From the NCBI GenBank assembly GCA_030390025.1, contig JASTWF010000033.1:4838001-4902000 (forward strand): 64,000 bases of DNA, given 5' to 3'. This DNA comes from Squalus acanthias. Its lineage: Eukaryota. Both the position numbers and the translations under genes were made by a program. The notes under the pieces were generated by a model, which saw only the letters and a list, made by a program, of their open reading frames with translations, was not told the origin of the DNA and searched no databases. This document shows positions 38,738 through 50,449 of the stretch, piece by piece; the stretch's first letter is position 1; each line of letters starts with the position of its first letter.

Positions 38738-39202
38738 CATGTCCAGGGATGAGGGACTTCAGTGACGTGGAGAGGCTGGAGAAGCTGCTATTTCTCCTTA
38801 TGCCACAGTAGGTTAATGGGAGATTTAATAGATGTGTTCACAATGATGGGGCGGGTGGGGGGCGTTGATAAAGCAGACAGGGATAAACTGTTTCCACTGA
38901 CAGGAGAGTCGGTTACAAGAGGACACAGATTTAAGATAATCGGTAAAACAATAAGCCCGGAATAGGCGAGGCGAATTTATTTAGGCAGCGAGTTGTTATG
39001 ATCTGGAATACACTGTTTGAAAGGCCGGTGGAAGCTGATTCAACAGTATCTTTCAAAAGGGAAGGTGAAAAAGAAAAGCATTGCAGGGCTGAGAGTAAAG
39101 AGCTGAGGAGTGGGACTAATTGGAAAGCTCTTTCAAAGAGGCGGCACAGGCACGATGGGCCAATGGCCTCCTTTAGTGCTGTATGATTCTATGATTCTAT
39201 GT
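38738..39202 (+). mobile_element. Old CR1 3' fragment
   Basis: PGMRDFS.VERLEKL, GESVTRGHRFKI; (atgattct)n tail. Confidence 0.8.
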
Positions 39203-39407
39203 CCCATCGTTGACAGCAGCCCCAACCCTCGGGAAGCGTTTCCCCACCTCTCCCGTGTGTGAGCTGTAAAATGCAGTGGAGGAGATGGATTGAGAGCTTT
39301 TCGTGTGGGACACAAGTGATGTTGTTTAAGGCAAACCAACACATTCCCGATCAGCACAGAGGGAGTTCACTGGTGAGGTCCCCTCTGCTGTCTCTGTAAT
39401 GTCAGCG

Positions 39408-39480
39408 GGTTCCGTAGTGTAGTGGTTATCACGTTCGATTTACATGCGAAACATCTTCGGTTTGATCCCGGTTGGATTCA
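39408..39480 (+). pseudogene. tRNA-Val(TAC)-like pseudogene
   Basis: ggttccgtagtgtagtggttatcacgttcgatttacatgcgaa...ggtttgatcccgg; A box intact, B box and stems mutated. Confidence 0.8.
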
Positions 39481-39860
39481 TTATGTTTCAACTTGCTGTG
39501 GATTAACATCGAGAGGCGAGTTTATTCTCCTGTCAAAATTGCTGCAGTGGCTGGTCCCTTATTATTTAACTGCTCTTTATTTCACTTCATTCATAGATAA
39601 ACTTTGAGTGAGAGGAGACTGATTCACAATGACGCACATTACATCTTTTGTTCCCTTGGGAAACTCCGACTCCTTCCCGAGTAAAGTTCAGAAATGTGTT
39701 CCTTAATCTGCATGGTGGCCGTCAGTAAGAAGCCTTTTCTGTCTGGATCCGGGATTGGAGCTGGTTTCAGGCTGAAGATTGCCGACTCAGTCGATAGAAT
39801 TGTGGTGGGTAAGGGTATTAAGGGCTGGGGAACCTAAGCGGGTAGATGGAGTTAAGATAA

Positions 39861-41925
39861 TAAGAACATAAGAACATAAGAAATAGGAGCAGGAGTAGGC
39901 CAATCGGCCCCTCGAGCCTGCTCCGCCATTCAATAAGATCATGGCTGATCTGATCCTAACCGCCAATCTACTATCTATCACAGAACCATCTCCTGCATCT
40001 AACAGAATTGCACACACGAAATAGGAGCAGAATCAGGCTACACGGTCCCTGGGCCCGCTCCACTACCCACAGGGCCATGACCGATCCGAACCTAGACTCA
40101 TGTCCAAATTCCTGCCCGCTCCCCGTAACCCTTAATGCCCTTTATTTGTAGGAAACTGTCTATTTCTGTTTTAAATTTATTTAATGATGTAGCTTCTACA
40201 GCTTTCTGTGGCAGCATATTCCATGGACCTACCACCCTCTGAGTGAAGTAGTTCCTCCTCATCTCAGTTTTGAAAGAGCATCCCCTTATTCTAAGACTAT
40301 GTCCCCTAGTTCTAGTCTCACTGTCATCGGGAACATCCTCCCCGCATCCACCCGATCCAACCCCTTCACAATCTTATATGTTTCAATAAGATCGCCTCTC
40401 ATTCTTCTGAACTCCAATGAGTAGAGTCCCAATCTACACAACCTCTCCTCATATGACCACCCCCTCATCCCCGGGATTAACCGAGTGAACCTTTTTTGCA
40501 CTGCCTCGAGAGCAAGGATGTCTTTCCTTAAGTAAGGACACCAAAACTGTATGCAGTATTCCAGGTGCGGTCTCACCAATACCTTGTACAACTGAAGCAA
40601 TACCTCCCTATTTTTATATTCTATCCCCCTAGCAATGAAAGCCAACATTCCATTTGCCTTCTTAATCACTTGCTGCACCTGCATACTAACCTTTTGAGTT
40701 TCGTGCACCAGGACCCCCAGATCCCTTTGCACTTCAGTACTCTCCAGTTTCTTGCCATTAAGATAATAAATTGCTCTAGGATTTTTCCTGCCAAAGTGCA
40801 TCACCTCACACTTTCCAGTGTTGTATTCCATCTGCCAAATCTCTGCCCACTTACTTAGCCTGTCTATGTCCCCTTGCAGGTTTTTTATGTCCTCCTCACT
40901 CACTACTTTCCCTCCCATCTTTGTATCATCTGCAAATTTTGATATGTTACACTTGGTCCCTTCCTCCAAATCGTTAATATAGATTGTAAAGAGCTGGGGA
41001 CCCAGCACTGACCCCTGTGGAACACCACTAGTTACTGATTGCCAGTCTGAGAATGAACCATTTATCCCAACTCTTTGCTTTCTGTTAGATAGCCAATCCT
41101 CTATCCATGCCAAAATATTACCCCCAATCCCGTGATTTTTTACCTTAAGCAATAATCTTTTGTGTGGCACCTTGTCAAATGCCTTTTGGAAGTCTAAATA
41201 CACTACGTCCACTGGTTCCCCTTTATCCACTCTATATGTTACTTCCTCAAAGAACTCCAGCAAATTTGTCAAACATGACTTCCCCTTCGTAAAACCATGC
41301 TGACTTTGTCCTATTAAATTATGATTATCCAAATGTCCTGTTACTGTTTCCTTAATAATGGACTCCAAAATTTTACCTACCACAGATGTTAGGCTAACCG
41401 GTCTATAGTTACCAGCCTTCTGTCTACTGCCCTTTTTAAATAAGGGTGTTACATTAGCAGTTTTCCAGTCTGCCGGGACCTTAGCGGAATCCAGGGAGTT
41501 TTGAAAAATTATTACCAATGCATCTACAATCCCTACCGCCACTTCCTTCAAGACTCTAGGATGTAAGCCATCAGGTCCAGGTGATTTATCCGCCTTGAGT
41601 CCCATTATTTTACCGAGTACCACTTCCTTAGTAATTTTGATCGTGTTTAGCTCCTCTCCCCCTATAGCCCCCTGTTTGTCCAGTGTTGGGATATTCTTAG
41701 TGTCCTCTACTGTAAAGACTGATACAAAATATTCATTCAGTGTTTTTGCCATCTCCATATTTCCCACCATTAATTTCCCGGTCTCATCCTCTAAGGGACC
41801 AACATTTACTTTAGCCACCCTTCTTCTTTTTATATAACTATAAAAACTCTTACTATCTGTTTTTATATTTTTTGCTAATTTACTTTCATAATCTATCTTC
41901 CCTTTCTTAATCAATCTTTTTGTTA
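39861..41925 (-). mobile_element. Young CR1 LINE, 5'-truncated (542-aa open RT), nested in an older CR1 3' UTR (about 39790-41985)
   Basis: ORF 40286-41914 with all RT motifs; (ttcttatg)n tail. The older plus-strand UTR ...gagttaagat resumes as atgatctaactgaatggc after the insert. Confidence 0.95.
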
Positions 41926-42020
41926 TGATCTAACTGAATGGCGTACAGGCTCCTGGGGCTGAATGGACTCCTCCTATCCCTATTGAGTCGCTGCAATGCA
42001 ATGCACCCCAGTGCTGGAGG

Positions 42021-42094
42021 GTTTCCGGTGTGTAGTGGTTATCACTAGTCCGCTAACACACGAAATCTCAACGGTTCGATAGTGGGTAGAGACA
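42021..42094 (+). pseudogene. tRNA-Val(AAC) pseudogene
   Basis: gtttccggtgtgtagtggttatcac...ctaacacacgaaa...ggttcgat...agagaca resembles vertebrate Val-AAC; stems broken. Confidence 0.75.
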
Positions 42095-42487
42095 ATCTGA
42101 TGCCTTTTCTCCATTCAAGTTTAATAAATATGAAAACTGCAATAATTTACATGTTTGGTTAAGTATAAATAAAATACGCATTGACAGGCGGATTATGCCA
42201 TTCAAATGGCAAAGCTACAGTGAGTGAAATAATTCTCAATGATATTTCCCATATAGGACACAGTTTTGGTTGTGGACTATGAGTTCTTTATCGGGAAAGT
42301 TAGCGCGGATTTAGGGAATCTCGCCCTCACGTGTCGCTACTGAAGAGGTGGACTTATTTTAGGTAAAAAATGAGGCTCGGAACCTTCTCATTGAGAATTT
42401 GGGATCAGAACAACACAGATTTATAGGAAAACACAGGGTCAGCGACAGGATTCGAATTACAATTGGAATCGGTCTGGGTGTCCTTTT

Positions 42488-42573
42488 AGAAAGTTGGTCG
42501 AGGGACGTGATTCTCGTTTCGGGAATGTTGGTTGAATTTTGCGAGGTGCCGGGTTCAAATCCCGGACGAGCCC
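42488..42573 (+). pseudogene. tRNA-Pro(CGG) with a 16-nt insertion at the canonical intron site (42524-42539); 5' acceptor strand degenerate
   Basis: gttggtcgaggg..tgattctcgtttCGGg[aatgttggttgaattt]tgcgag..ccgggttcaaatcccggacgagccc; T arm and 3' end match vertebrate tRNA-Pro. Confidence 0.8.
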
Positions 42574-42599
42574 GAGATTTGAACTTGAAGTTGAAACTT

Positions 42600-42715
42600 A
42601 TAACAAGAAAGACTTGCCTTTCTACAGCGCATTGTACCCACTCAGGCTGTCACAAAGTGCTTTACAGCCATTGAAGTACCTTTGAAGTGTTGTAATGTGG
42701 GGAAAGGTGTGCCCA
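42600..42715 (-). mobile_element. Deu-SINE 3' tail fragment
   Basis: Similar to 46397-46505 (gacttgc.tttctacagc...tttacagcca.tgaagtac). Confidence 0.6.
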
Positions 42716-43400
42716 ATTCATCTCACACAAATCTCAACTCTTCGGGCAAGAGTTCGGTGCAAATAATCAGGCGCCTCAATGATGTGGACTTTCTTTGAAT
42801 GAGTTCTGCTTGTAACTGCACTCGACCTTGACACAGCACCTGGGCTTCCATCTCACGGGAGCACAGTGTGGTCGATGTGTAGCGGTTCGCGAGTAGGTGA
42901 AGAGGTTGGGGTTCAGATTCGTCGCTTTCAATCTTTGAAATTTCACCAAGGGCCAGAGGAAAGAAACGTGAATGGAACTGTCCCTGTGAGCGATGGATTG
43001 AAGGGAACGTCGCTCCAAGCACAGCTGGAAAACAGGCAGTGCAGTGATAGAGTTCGCATCATTAAATGTCAGAGTTAATAATCATACAATAATTAAACAT
43101 ACACTTAACACCAGTATTTACGACAAAAACCTGCGAGTTTTAGCCGGAGAACTCTAACATGTGATAGTTCCGAGCTCTATATGGAGGTGGGATTTCGAAA
43201 ACTCGCCTCCAAAAGAGCGGGCACTCGTACGATGGGCCGAATGGTTTGCTCTGCTTACACAGAACGCATGCGCAGGATAACTGGAATACTATTTATTCTC
43301 GACCCGAAATCTTCTCTCAGCATTTACGGAGGACAAGAATGAGTGAAACTTTCTCTGGGCCTCTGGGGAAATTCAGGCACATTGAAGGCCTGTCCCATGC

Positions 43401-43483
43401 GTGAGGGTGGCCGAGAGGTTTCAGGTGCTGCGCTTCGATCGCAATATTCCCTGATGGCCTGGCTTCGAAAATCATTTCTGACA
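43401..43483 (+). pseudogene. tRNA-Leu (CAG-type) pseudogene
   Basis: gtgagggtggccgagaggtt...ctgcg...cgca...ttcgaa...ttctgaca with a long variable arm; 3' flank paralogous to that of 47700-47780. Confidence 0.7.
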
Positions 43484-43599
43484 TACAGTTCTTCTCACTT
43501 TTACGAGCAATTATATCTTGTGGAAATAGCAGAAGCTGATTTTTAAACCCAGTTCATTCGTTCCTGTCATAAAACTCACCCCACCTCCATCCACCGCAT

Positions 43600-45000
43600 G
43601 TTGTGACGTCACAATTCAAAAAGTGACGCAGACAAGAGGAAGCAGCTGATTGGGTGAGTACGGCCAGGTGAGTATTTATACTACTCGGTAGTTTGACAGT
43701 TAAGTTTAGTAGTTTATCAAGATTCGAAGGCCCTAATTTTTGTGGTTGTAGTTTCTAATGTCTCTGTTGTGTAGCAGGGAGTGCTAGTATACAAGGGCCC
43801 TTCAGTATATCATTTAATTTTAGTGTAATTTGTGGTATTGATTTGAGTTAATTTAAATTAATTAAAGGATAAGTCATGGCAGCACAGTTCAGCCCCGTGG
43901 CATGCTCCTCCTGCACTATGTGGAAAATCGGGGACACTTCCTGTGTCCCTGTTGACCATTTGTGCGGGAAGTGTATTCGGCTGCAGCTACTGGCAGACCG
44001 CATTGCGGCGCTGGAGCTGTGAATGGATGCATACCGGAACATTCGCGATGCTGAAGATATCGTGGATAGCAAGTTTAGGGAGTTGATCACACCGCAGGTA
44101 AAGGCTGCCCAGGCAGGAAGGGAATGGGTGACCACCAGGCTGAGTAGTCGGCGCACGCAGGTAGTGCAGGGGTCCCCTGTGGACATCCCCCTCTGAAACA
44201 GATATACCACTTTGGATATTGTTGAGGGAGATGGCTTATCGGGGGAAGGCAGCAGCAGCCAACTTCCTGACACCATGGGTGGCTCTGCTGCACAGGACGG
44301 GAGGAAAAAGAGAGGGAGATCTATAGTGATAGGGGATTCTATTGTCAGGGGAATAGATAGGCATTTCTGTGGCCACAAAAGAGACTCTAGGATGGTATGT
44401 TGCCTCCCTGGTGCAAGGGTCAAGGATGTCTCGGAGCGGTTGCAGGGCATTCTGGAGGGTGAGGGAGAACAGACACTTGTCGTGGTGCATATAGGTACCA
44501 ACGATATCGGTAAAGAACGGGATGAGGTCCTAAAAGCTGAATATAGGGAGTTAGGAGGTAAATTAAAAAATAGGACCTCAAAGGTAGTAATCTCAGGATT
44601 TCTACCGGTGCCACATGCTAGTCAGGGTAGAAATAGAAGGATATTTCAGATGAATACGTGGCGAGAGGAATGGTACAAGGGGGAGGGATTCAAATTCCTG
44701 GGACATTGGAACCGGTTCTTGGGGAGGTGGGACCAGTACAAACCGGGCAGTCTACACCTGGGCAGGACCGGGACCGATGTCCTCGGGGGAGTGTTTGCGA
44801 GTGCTGTTAGGGAGGGTTTAAACTAAAATAGCAGGGGGTTGGAAACATGTGTAGGGAAACAGAGGAAAAGGAAGCAAGGATAGAAGCAAAAGACAGGAAG
44901 GAGTAAAGCAAAAGTGGAAGGTCAGCCATGATCTCATTAAATGGCGGAGCAGGCTCGACGGGCCGAATGGCCTACTCCTGCTCCTATCTTCTATGCTTCT
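43600..45000 (+). mobile_element. Internally deleted CR1: 5' UTR and ORF1 (zinc finger, coiled coil, esterase; 43876-44826, two stops) joined directly to the 3' tail, no ORF2
   Basis: MAAQFSPVACSSC...HLCGKC..LQLL.DRIAALE, VIGDSIVRG, HIGTNDIG, LHLG; then ...gcaaaagtggaagg|tcagccatgatctcatt...cctgctcctatcttctatgcttctat. Confidence 0.88.
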
Positions 45001-45179
45001 ATCCCGCACCAAGAGCCGATCACACATCTCCTGAATGCACTAACCTACAATGACACGCTGGCCTCTCAATGCCCCAAAATTCAAATTCACATCCTGGGAT
45101 TTAAATCTTTTCATGATATCCTCCCTCCCTATATATTTTACCTTCACCGGCGCTACAATACCCCACCCACGCTCTCAGT

Positions 45180-45830
45180 TACTAGCTTGCTGAGGGAAGC
45201 TAGGGTGCAGATAGCAGAGGCTCTGACCACAATCTTTGACTCCTCCTTGGATCGAAGTGTGGAGTGGTGCCAGATTGCAAATGTTACACACTAATTCATA
45301 AAATGGGCGAGGGATAAGCCTTAAACCACAGGACAATCAGTCTGATGTCAGCGGTGGGAAAACTATTCGAGTCCATTGCCAAGTTTTGCATCTGTTGCAC
45401 ACTTCGAAATTGTACTCCCTAAAGCCAAGTCCAGACCACGTATACTTAACAAGTAAAGTAATGATCCTAATTAATTGTCAAATTAATTCTCACTTGGAGA
45501 AGCATACCGGACAGCCAGCATGGATTTGTTAAAGGGAAATCGTGCCTGACCTATCTGATTGAGTTCTTTGAAGACCTAACATAAGGTGTTGATGGAGGGG
45601 TGGGGGAGTGGATGTTGAATCTATGGACTTTCAAAAGGCACTTGATTAAAATACCACGAGCAGACTTACTCTGAGAATAGAAGTACATTGATGAAAGGCA
45701 CGGTGGTAACTTGGGTTTGTAATTGGCTAAGGGATAGAAGGCAGATGTAGTGGTGAACGGATGTTTTTTCTGACTGGAGAGATGTGGGCTCCCCCAAGGG
45801 TTGCTGTCAGTATTTAGGACAATTGCTTTC
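45180..45830 (+). mobile_element. Old CR1 RT fragments
   Basis: LLREARVQIAEALTTIF, QHGFVKGKSCLTYLIEFFED. Confidence 0.7.
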
Positions 45831-46396
45831 CTTGTCACTTTTGGTAACATATCTTAATAGCTCTCTCTTTGGATTTGGCTTTCATATTTTTGATTCCAAC
45901 TCTATTGGGAGATCCCCTGGAACTGCGGAGCGGGGCATGGTTTATCAAGCTGTGTGGAACACTTCACAGAATATGTGTGTTCGTGTCTGCTTGTTGCATT
46001 AATTAAATGAGGACATCAGGCGATTCTCGGCCTGACACTGGGGAACTAGTGAGACAGACTTTAGGGCAAGGTTCTGGTTATTGTGAAAAGACAAAACAAA
46101 CATGGGCCTTGAAATTGCAATCGGAGGCTTGCCGCCCGTATACGCCTCCGAACCGCAAGAAAACTACGTACGTACCTTGTGTCTCCGGAGCTTTGGACTA
46201 TAAAGGTCCTGAATCCCCATAAGCATCAAGGAATCTCCCTTTGTCATTGTTTGGCCTGGCCCACGTGATCCCAGGTACGCTTCCAAACCGGGACCTGTGG
46301 GCATTTACGCAGTCGGACGCCTGCAGTCCCAGTACCGGAAGAGTCCGAAGTTCCGGAGACACCAGGTCACTTCTTATTTTTTTTGTTTCGGAGGCA

Positions 46397-46785
46397 TAAG
46401 ACTTGCATTTCTACAGCAGCTTTCCCCACCACTGGACATCTCAAAGCGGTTTACAGCCAATGAAGTACTTTTTGAAGTGGAGTCACTGTTGTAATGTAGG
46501 AAAAGCGGCAGCCAATTTTTGCACAGCAAGCTCCCACAAACAGCAATGTGACAATTATCAGATCATCTGTTTTTCTTATGTTGTTTGAGCGATAAATATT
46601 GGCCCAGGACACCGGGGGTAAATCCCCTGGACGTCTTTTAAATAATACCATGGAATCTTTTACATCCCCCTGATAGAGCAAACTGCGCCACGGTTTAACG
46701 TCTCATTCAAAAGACGGCACCTCCGACACTGCAGCGCTCCCTCAGTACTTCACTGGAGTGTCTACCTAGATGTGTGTGTTCAAGC
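46397..46785 (-). mobile_element. Deu-domain SINE (SacSINE1/AmnSINE1-like), head missing
   Basis: Deu core as read on the plus strand (aaaagacggcacctccgacactgcagcgctccctcagtacttcactggagtgtc) plus L2-like tail tagaaatgcaagtctt on the minus strand. Confidence 0.8.
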
Positions 46786-47101
46786 CAACAATTAAATGTA
46801 GCCTCACACGGTAAAACGACGTGTTCCCGTTCAATATATGGATCATAGAATGAATTTTCATTTGTTTATTTAAATCCCATAAAATTAAATTTATTTCCAA
46901 AGAGTTGGAAACAGGAATATGATCCATCTACATTTTGTCATCATTTTACGTGAAATAAATACTCGTAAAAGTGGGAACTCAGTGGATAACAGCACCCCTG
47001 GCAATGTTTGTGGAATATTTTCTTGCAGCCAAAGCGCACATTAACAACCTGGAAGTGTGTGGGACTGAATCCGCAGGGGGAAAAAAAACAGTTACAGACT
47101 T

Positions 47102-47176
47102 CGTCCCTGGGTGGAGTCGAACCACCAAACTTTCGAGTTAACAGCCGAACGCGCTAAACAACTGCGCCACAGCAAA
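47102..47176 (-). pseudogene. tRNA-Asn(GTT), probably a pseudogene
   Basis: ctgtggcgcagttgtttagcgcgttcggctGTTaactcgaaagtttggtggttcgactccacccagggacg; 1-nt anticodon-arm insertion, D-loop GG lost, 5' acceptor mismatches. Confidence 0.85.
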
Positions 47177-47699
47177 AGATGCAAACCCCTTTTGCAACGC
47201 ATCCCAAACCAGGGTGTCAGTGAGTTAAAGATTCAGATTGCTCCGATCAGGATGGAACTTGTCCACTATCAGTTTTACTTTTCCAAAATAAAGGGTGCGA
47301 CATTGATTGTGTATACCTGGCAACAGTCTGGTCTCGCTCACTGCTGACACATCCATATCACCGTCAACCAGCTTTCCCGCAACAGGCGCGGTCTCCCTTC
47401 GAGCCTTTCGGTGCCTTGTCTGTGACGAAGTATTCTGATTGTCCAGATGCCGGTATTATGTTTTAATTCCTGATCTGCATTAACGAGAATCTTTTATATT
47501 GCTCTGATAAGTTAACTTCCCCGCTAACATCAGAGTAAATGTTCCAGTATCTTAAACCAGGGAAAGGTGCATTGACCGCTTCTGGTCAGTCAGGCAATTC
47601 AGCCCTTCATTCTCCTCTCATTCCGTTTCCCAAAGCGTTTCCAAAGATTCACAAAACTGCTAACTGTGTTTCGTTTTTTGGTTCATTCTGATTTCCTGC

Positions 47700-47780
47700 T
47701 TCAGGCTGGTGGAGCGGTCTAAGGCGCTGGATTTAGATTATAGATTGCTCTGGCCGTGGGTTAGAATTCCACTTCTGACA
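47700..47780 (+). pseudogene. tRNA-Leu pseudogene (apparent TAG anticodon)
   Basis: tcaggctggtggagcggtctaaggcgctggattTAG...gtgggttagaattccacttctgaca. Confidence 0.75.
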
Positions 47781-48712
47781 TACGGTTCTTTTCAATTTTA
47801 GTGCAATTATATCTTGTGGAATTAGCTACAACTTCTTTTTCAGCCCAGTTTATTTGTCATTCGGTAAAGCGATACAAACTACATTTCCTTGCCTTCTGTA
47901 AAATGCCAGCTGTTTCAACAAAGCCAGCAGGAAATGACTAGCACTTTCTGTCAACATGTAGAACGAGACACTTTCAATGTTTACATGCCCACATTTAACG
48001 CAGCTCACAGTGTCAGAACAGTCAACCTTATCACTAGCCTTCCATGTATCTTGTTGAACTGCATCTCCCCAACAACCTTAGCTTATCACAGCACGGCTAT
48101 CAATCAATTCATTGCCAGTGTGAAAAATGCACCATTTGAAACTTAGCAACGTGTGCAAGACTGGAATCAGAGAGTGTCTGGGCCGTGGGCAGTGATAACT
48201 TATACTGAGCATTAAGATATTGATTAGCCCTGAGCTCTTCCTATATTGCTCAGTAGCCCACTGAGTGAGGAACTAAGAGACCACAGGCCGGGGATGGAGC
48301 CTGGGCATTTTCAGTTCTGTGTGGGGCTCAACACCATACCTGCTGCTGAAGATTGAACTTGACATAATTTCAGCAGCTCGGGATCAGTGCGGCTTAGTTG
48401 GAGTTCAACCAGTCGCACCCTTCACAACCCATCAGTGCCGAGAAAACAACGGGGAATTTTACACATGTGTTGTGTTCTGTAACTTTATAGGAACATTTCA
48501 GTTTATTTCACGCTGTGTCCAACACTGTGAGGATCCCACTGGTGTATCATCTTCGTATCTTTATCAGCACTCCAGCTTTACATTAACACAACCTGAGCTC
48601 CGCGATCTGGTCGGGTCCCATGCTCTGAAGTGAGGAATGAGCGGGAGTGGCAATTCCACCCGGGGTTAGAAAATCCTCCAAAATCATGACACAATATTTA
48701 GTTTACTGCGCA

Positions 48713-48786
48713 GCCGCAATAGCTCAGTTGGGACAACGTTAGACTGACAGATCTAAAGGTCCTTGTTTAAATCCCAGGTTTTGGTT
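48713..48786 (+). pseudogene. tRNA-Phe pseudogene (8-nt anticodon loop, B box mutated)
   Basis: gccgcaatagctcagttggga..cgttagactgacagatctaaaggtcc..., compared with the vertebrate Phe-GAA consensus. Confidence 0.85.
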
Positions 48787-49190
48787 ACTTTGCGTCTCCT
48801 TCATTATAAGAGGAGAGAATCAGGAGAGATTTTCCGCACCTAAACCCGCATCTCCGAATCGACTGGGTGTGAAACCTCATCTGATCCTCTGGATCTGCTC
48901 CAGCCCCCGCTGCGGGTGTGAAGCCGGCTCATTTTATACCGGGACAGTGTTTGATGGAGGTGCTGTTCAGCGGTGGTGCAATAATAATTTTCAGAATGAA
49001 GTTTGGTAAATTAAAGAGCTCTTTTTTCTGATACTTTCGATTTAAACTCTGCCCAGTTGTATATATGAACAGTTAACAATGTTTAAGCGATGTGCTGTGT
49101 TCAATGTTTTTACAGTAACTCTGTCACCCAGTGTGAGCCTGAATTACAATCCCCCAGCCTGGGCTCGAACTCATCCACTGGGCACTTTGT

Positions 49191-49264
49191 GGCCGGTTAC
49201 CTCTGTTGATGCGAACGGGGTGATACTTCTACCAATGGTCGCGGGTTCGATCCTAAACAGGCCT
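49191..49264 (+). pseudogene. tRNA-Ile(AAT)-like pseudogene
   Basis: ggccggtta.ctc.gttg...ggtg...ccaatggtcgcgggttcgatcc...aggcc. Confidence 0.65.
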
Positions 49265-49318
49265 GACTGTGTCTTAGTTTCCGAAATCGGGCGTTTTCAG
49301 ACGAGTATGGCCGTAGGC
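49259..49318 (-). pseudogene. 5S rRNA 5'-half fragment
   Basis: Minus strand gcctacggccatactcgtctgaaaacgcccgatttcggaaactaagacacagtcaggcct. Confidence 0.85.
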
Positions 49319-49834
49319 ATCCGCTATCTGACATTCTCTTTACTTAAAGGCACAAAAGGCTGTCGTCCATTCTTTTTTCTTCATCTATGCGTTCATACAA
49401 GCATACAACATTCAATTTCTATTGCTTTATTTTACACCCCCGCCCCCAAGTTTTCTTAGTTCACTTAGTCCCACACAAACAAACTACAAGCCCAGCCCTT
49501 CATTGCCTTCTAATAAGCTGCATAACTACCTTCCTTTCACCATTCACTCACTCACCCCAAATTACCGACTCACTAATCACCCCCTCCTCCCGACCGCAAA
49601 TTCATTCGCTCAAACAAATCACTCTCTTGAGCAAAAATGCTGCTTTTCATGTCTCAAAATACAGATAATCGGGCGCAGTCTTTTCTCGCAAGTTGTGTGA
49701 CCAATTCGGCCTGGAGGGATTCCTGGATGTGGGGTTGTGTCAGCATCCCACAACATGACAGCTGACCATGTGCTGCCTGATCATGTGACATCTGCTTACG
49801 ACTTCTACAAATGTTATTACATTGTAGCCAGGAT

Positions 49835-50175
49835 TGTTCATAGAGTCATACAGCCATTCAGGCACAGAAGGAGGCCATTGGGCCCATCGAGCCCATGCCG
49901 GTTCTCTGTAGAGCAATCCAGTCAGTTCCATTCCCCCGCTTGTTCCTCGTGGCACTGCAAGTTTATTTCCCTCAAGTGCGCATCCAATTTCCTTTTGAAA
50001 TGATTGATTTTCTCCGCTTCCACCACCCACGTCGGCAGCGAGTTCCTGGTCATTACCACTCGCTGCGTAATCAAGTTCTTTCTCACATCACCCCCGTTTC
50101 TCTTGCGCAAAACCTTCAATCTGTTTCCCCTAGTAGTTGTACCATCAGCTAATGGGAACAGCCTTCCTCTATCTA
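49835..50175 (-). mobile_element. CR1 3' end, part of the inverted 5S repeat unit
   Basis: Reverse complement aligns to 52180-52351 joined to 53994-54130. Confidence 0.85.
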
Positions 50176-50326
50176 CAATGAAGGGTAGGGTGTGTAGTGT
50201 GTCTGTGTGGGACTAAGTGCACTAAGAAGAGTTGGGGGTGGGGGAGTAAAATAAAGCAATAGAAATTGAATGCTGTGTGCTTGTTTGAACGCATAAATGA
50301 AGTAAAGAGAATGCCAGATAGCGGAT

Positions 50327-50449
50327 ACCTACGGCCATACTAGTCTGAAAACGCCAGATCTCGTCTTACCTCTGGAAGTCTAAGCAGAGTTTAGGCCTGG
50401 GTAGTACTTAGGTGGGAGATCGCCTGGTAATATCAGGTGAAGTAGGCTT
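50327..50449 (+). pseudogene. 5S rRNA pseudogene (full length, indels in the internal control region)
   Basis: acctacggccatactagtctgaaaacgccagatctcgtc...taagcag...ggcctgggtagtactt.g.tgggaga.cgcctgg...gtaggctt. Confidence 0.9.

Noticed and set aside
43180..43220. Additional minus-strand tRNA-Leu 3' remnant
   Set aside because: Only about 30 nt of loose similarity; too short to support.
48713..48786. Quadruplet/frameshift-suppressor tRNA (8-nt anticodon loop)
   Set aside because: B box, D stem and acceptor stem are also mutated; ordinary pseudogene decay is more likely.
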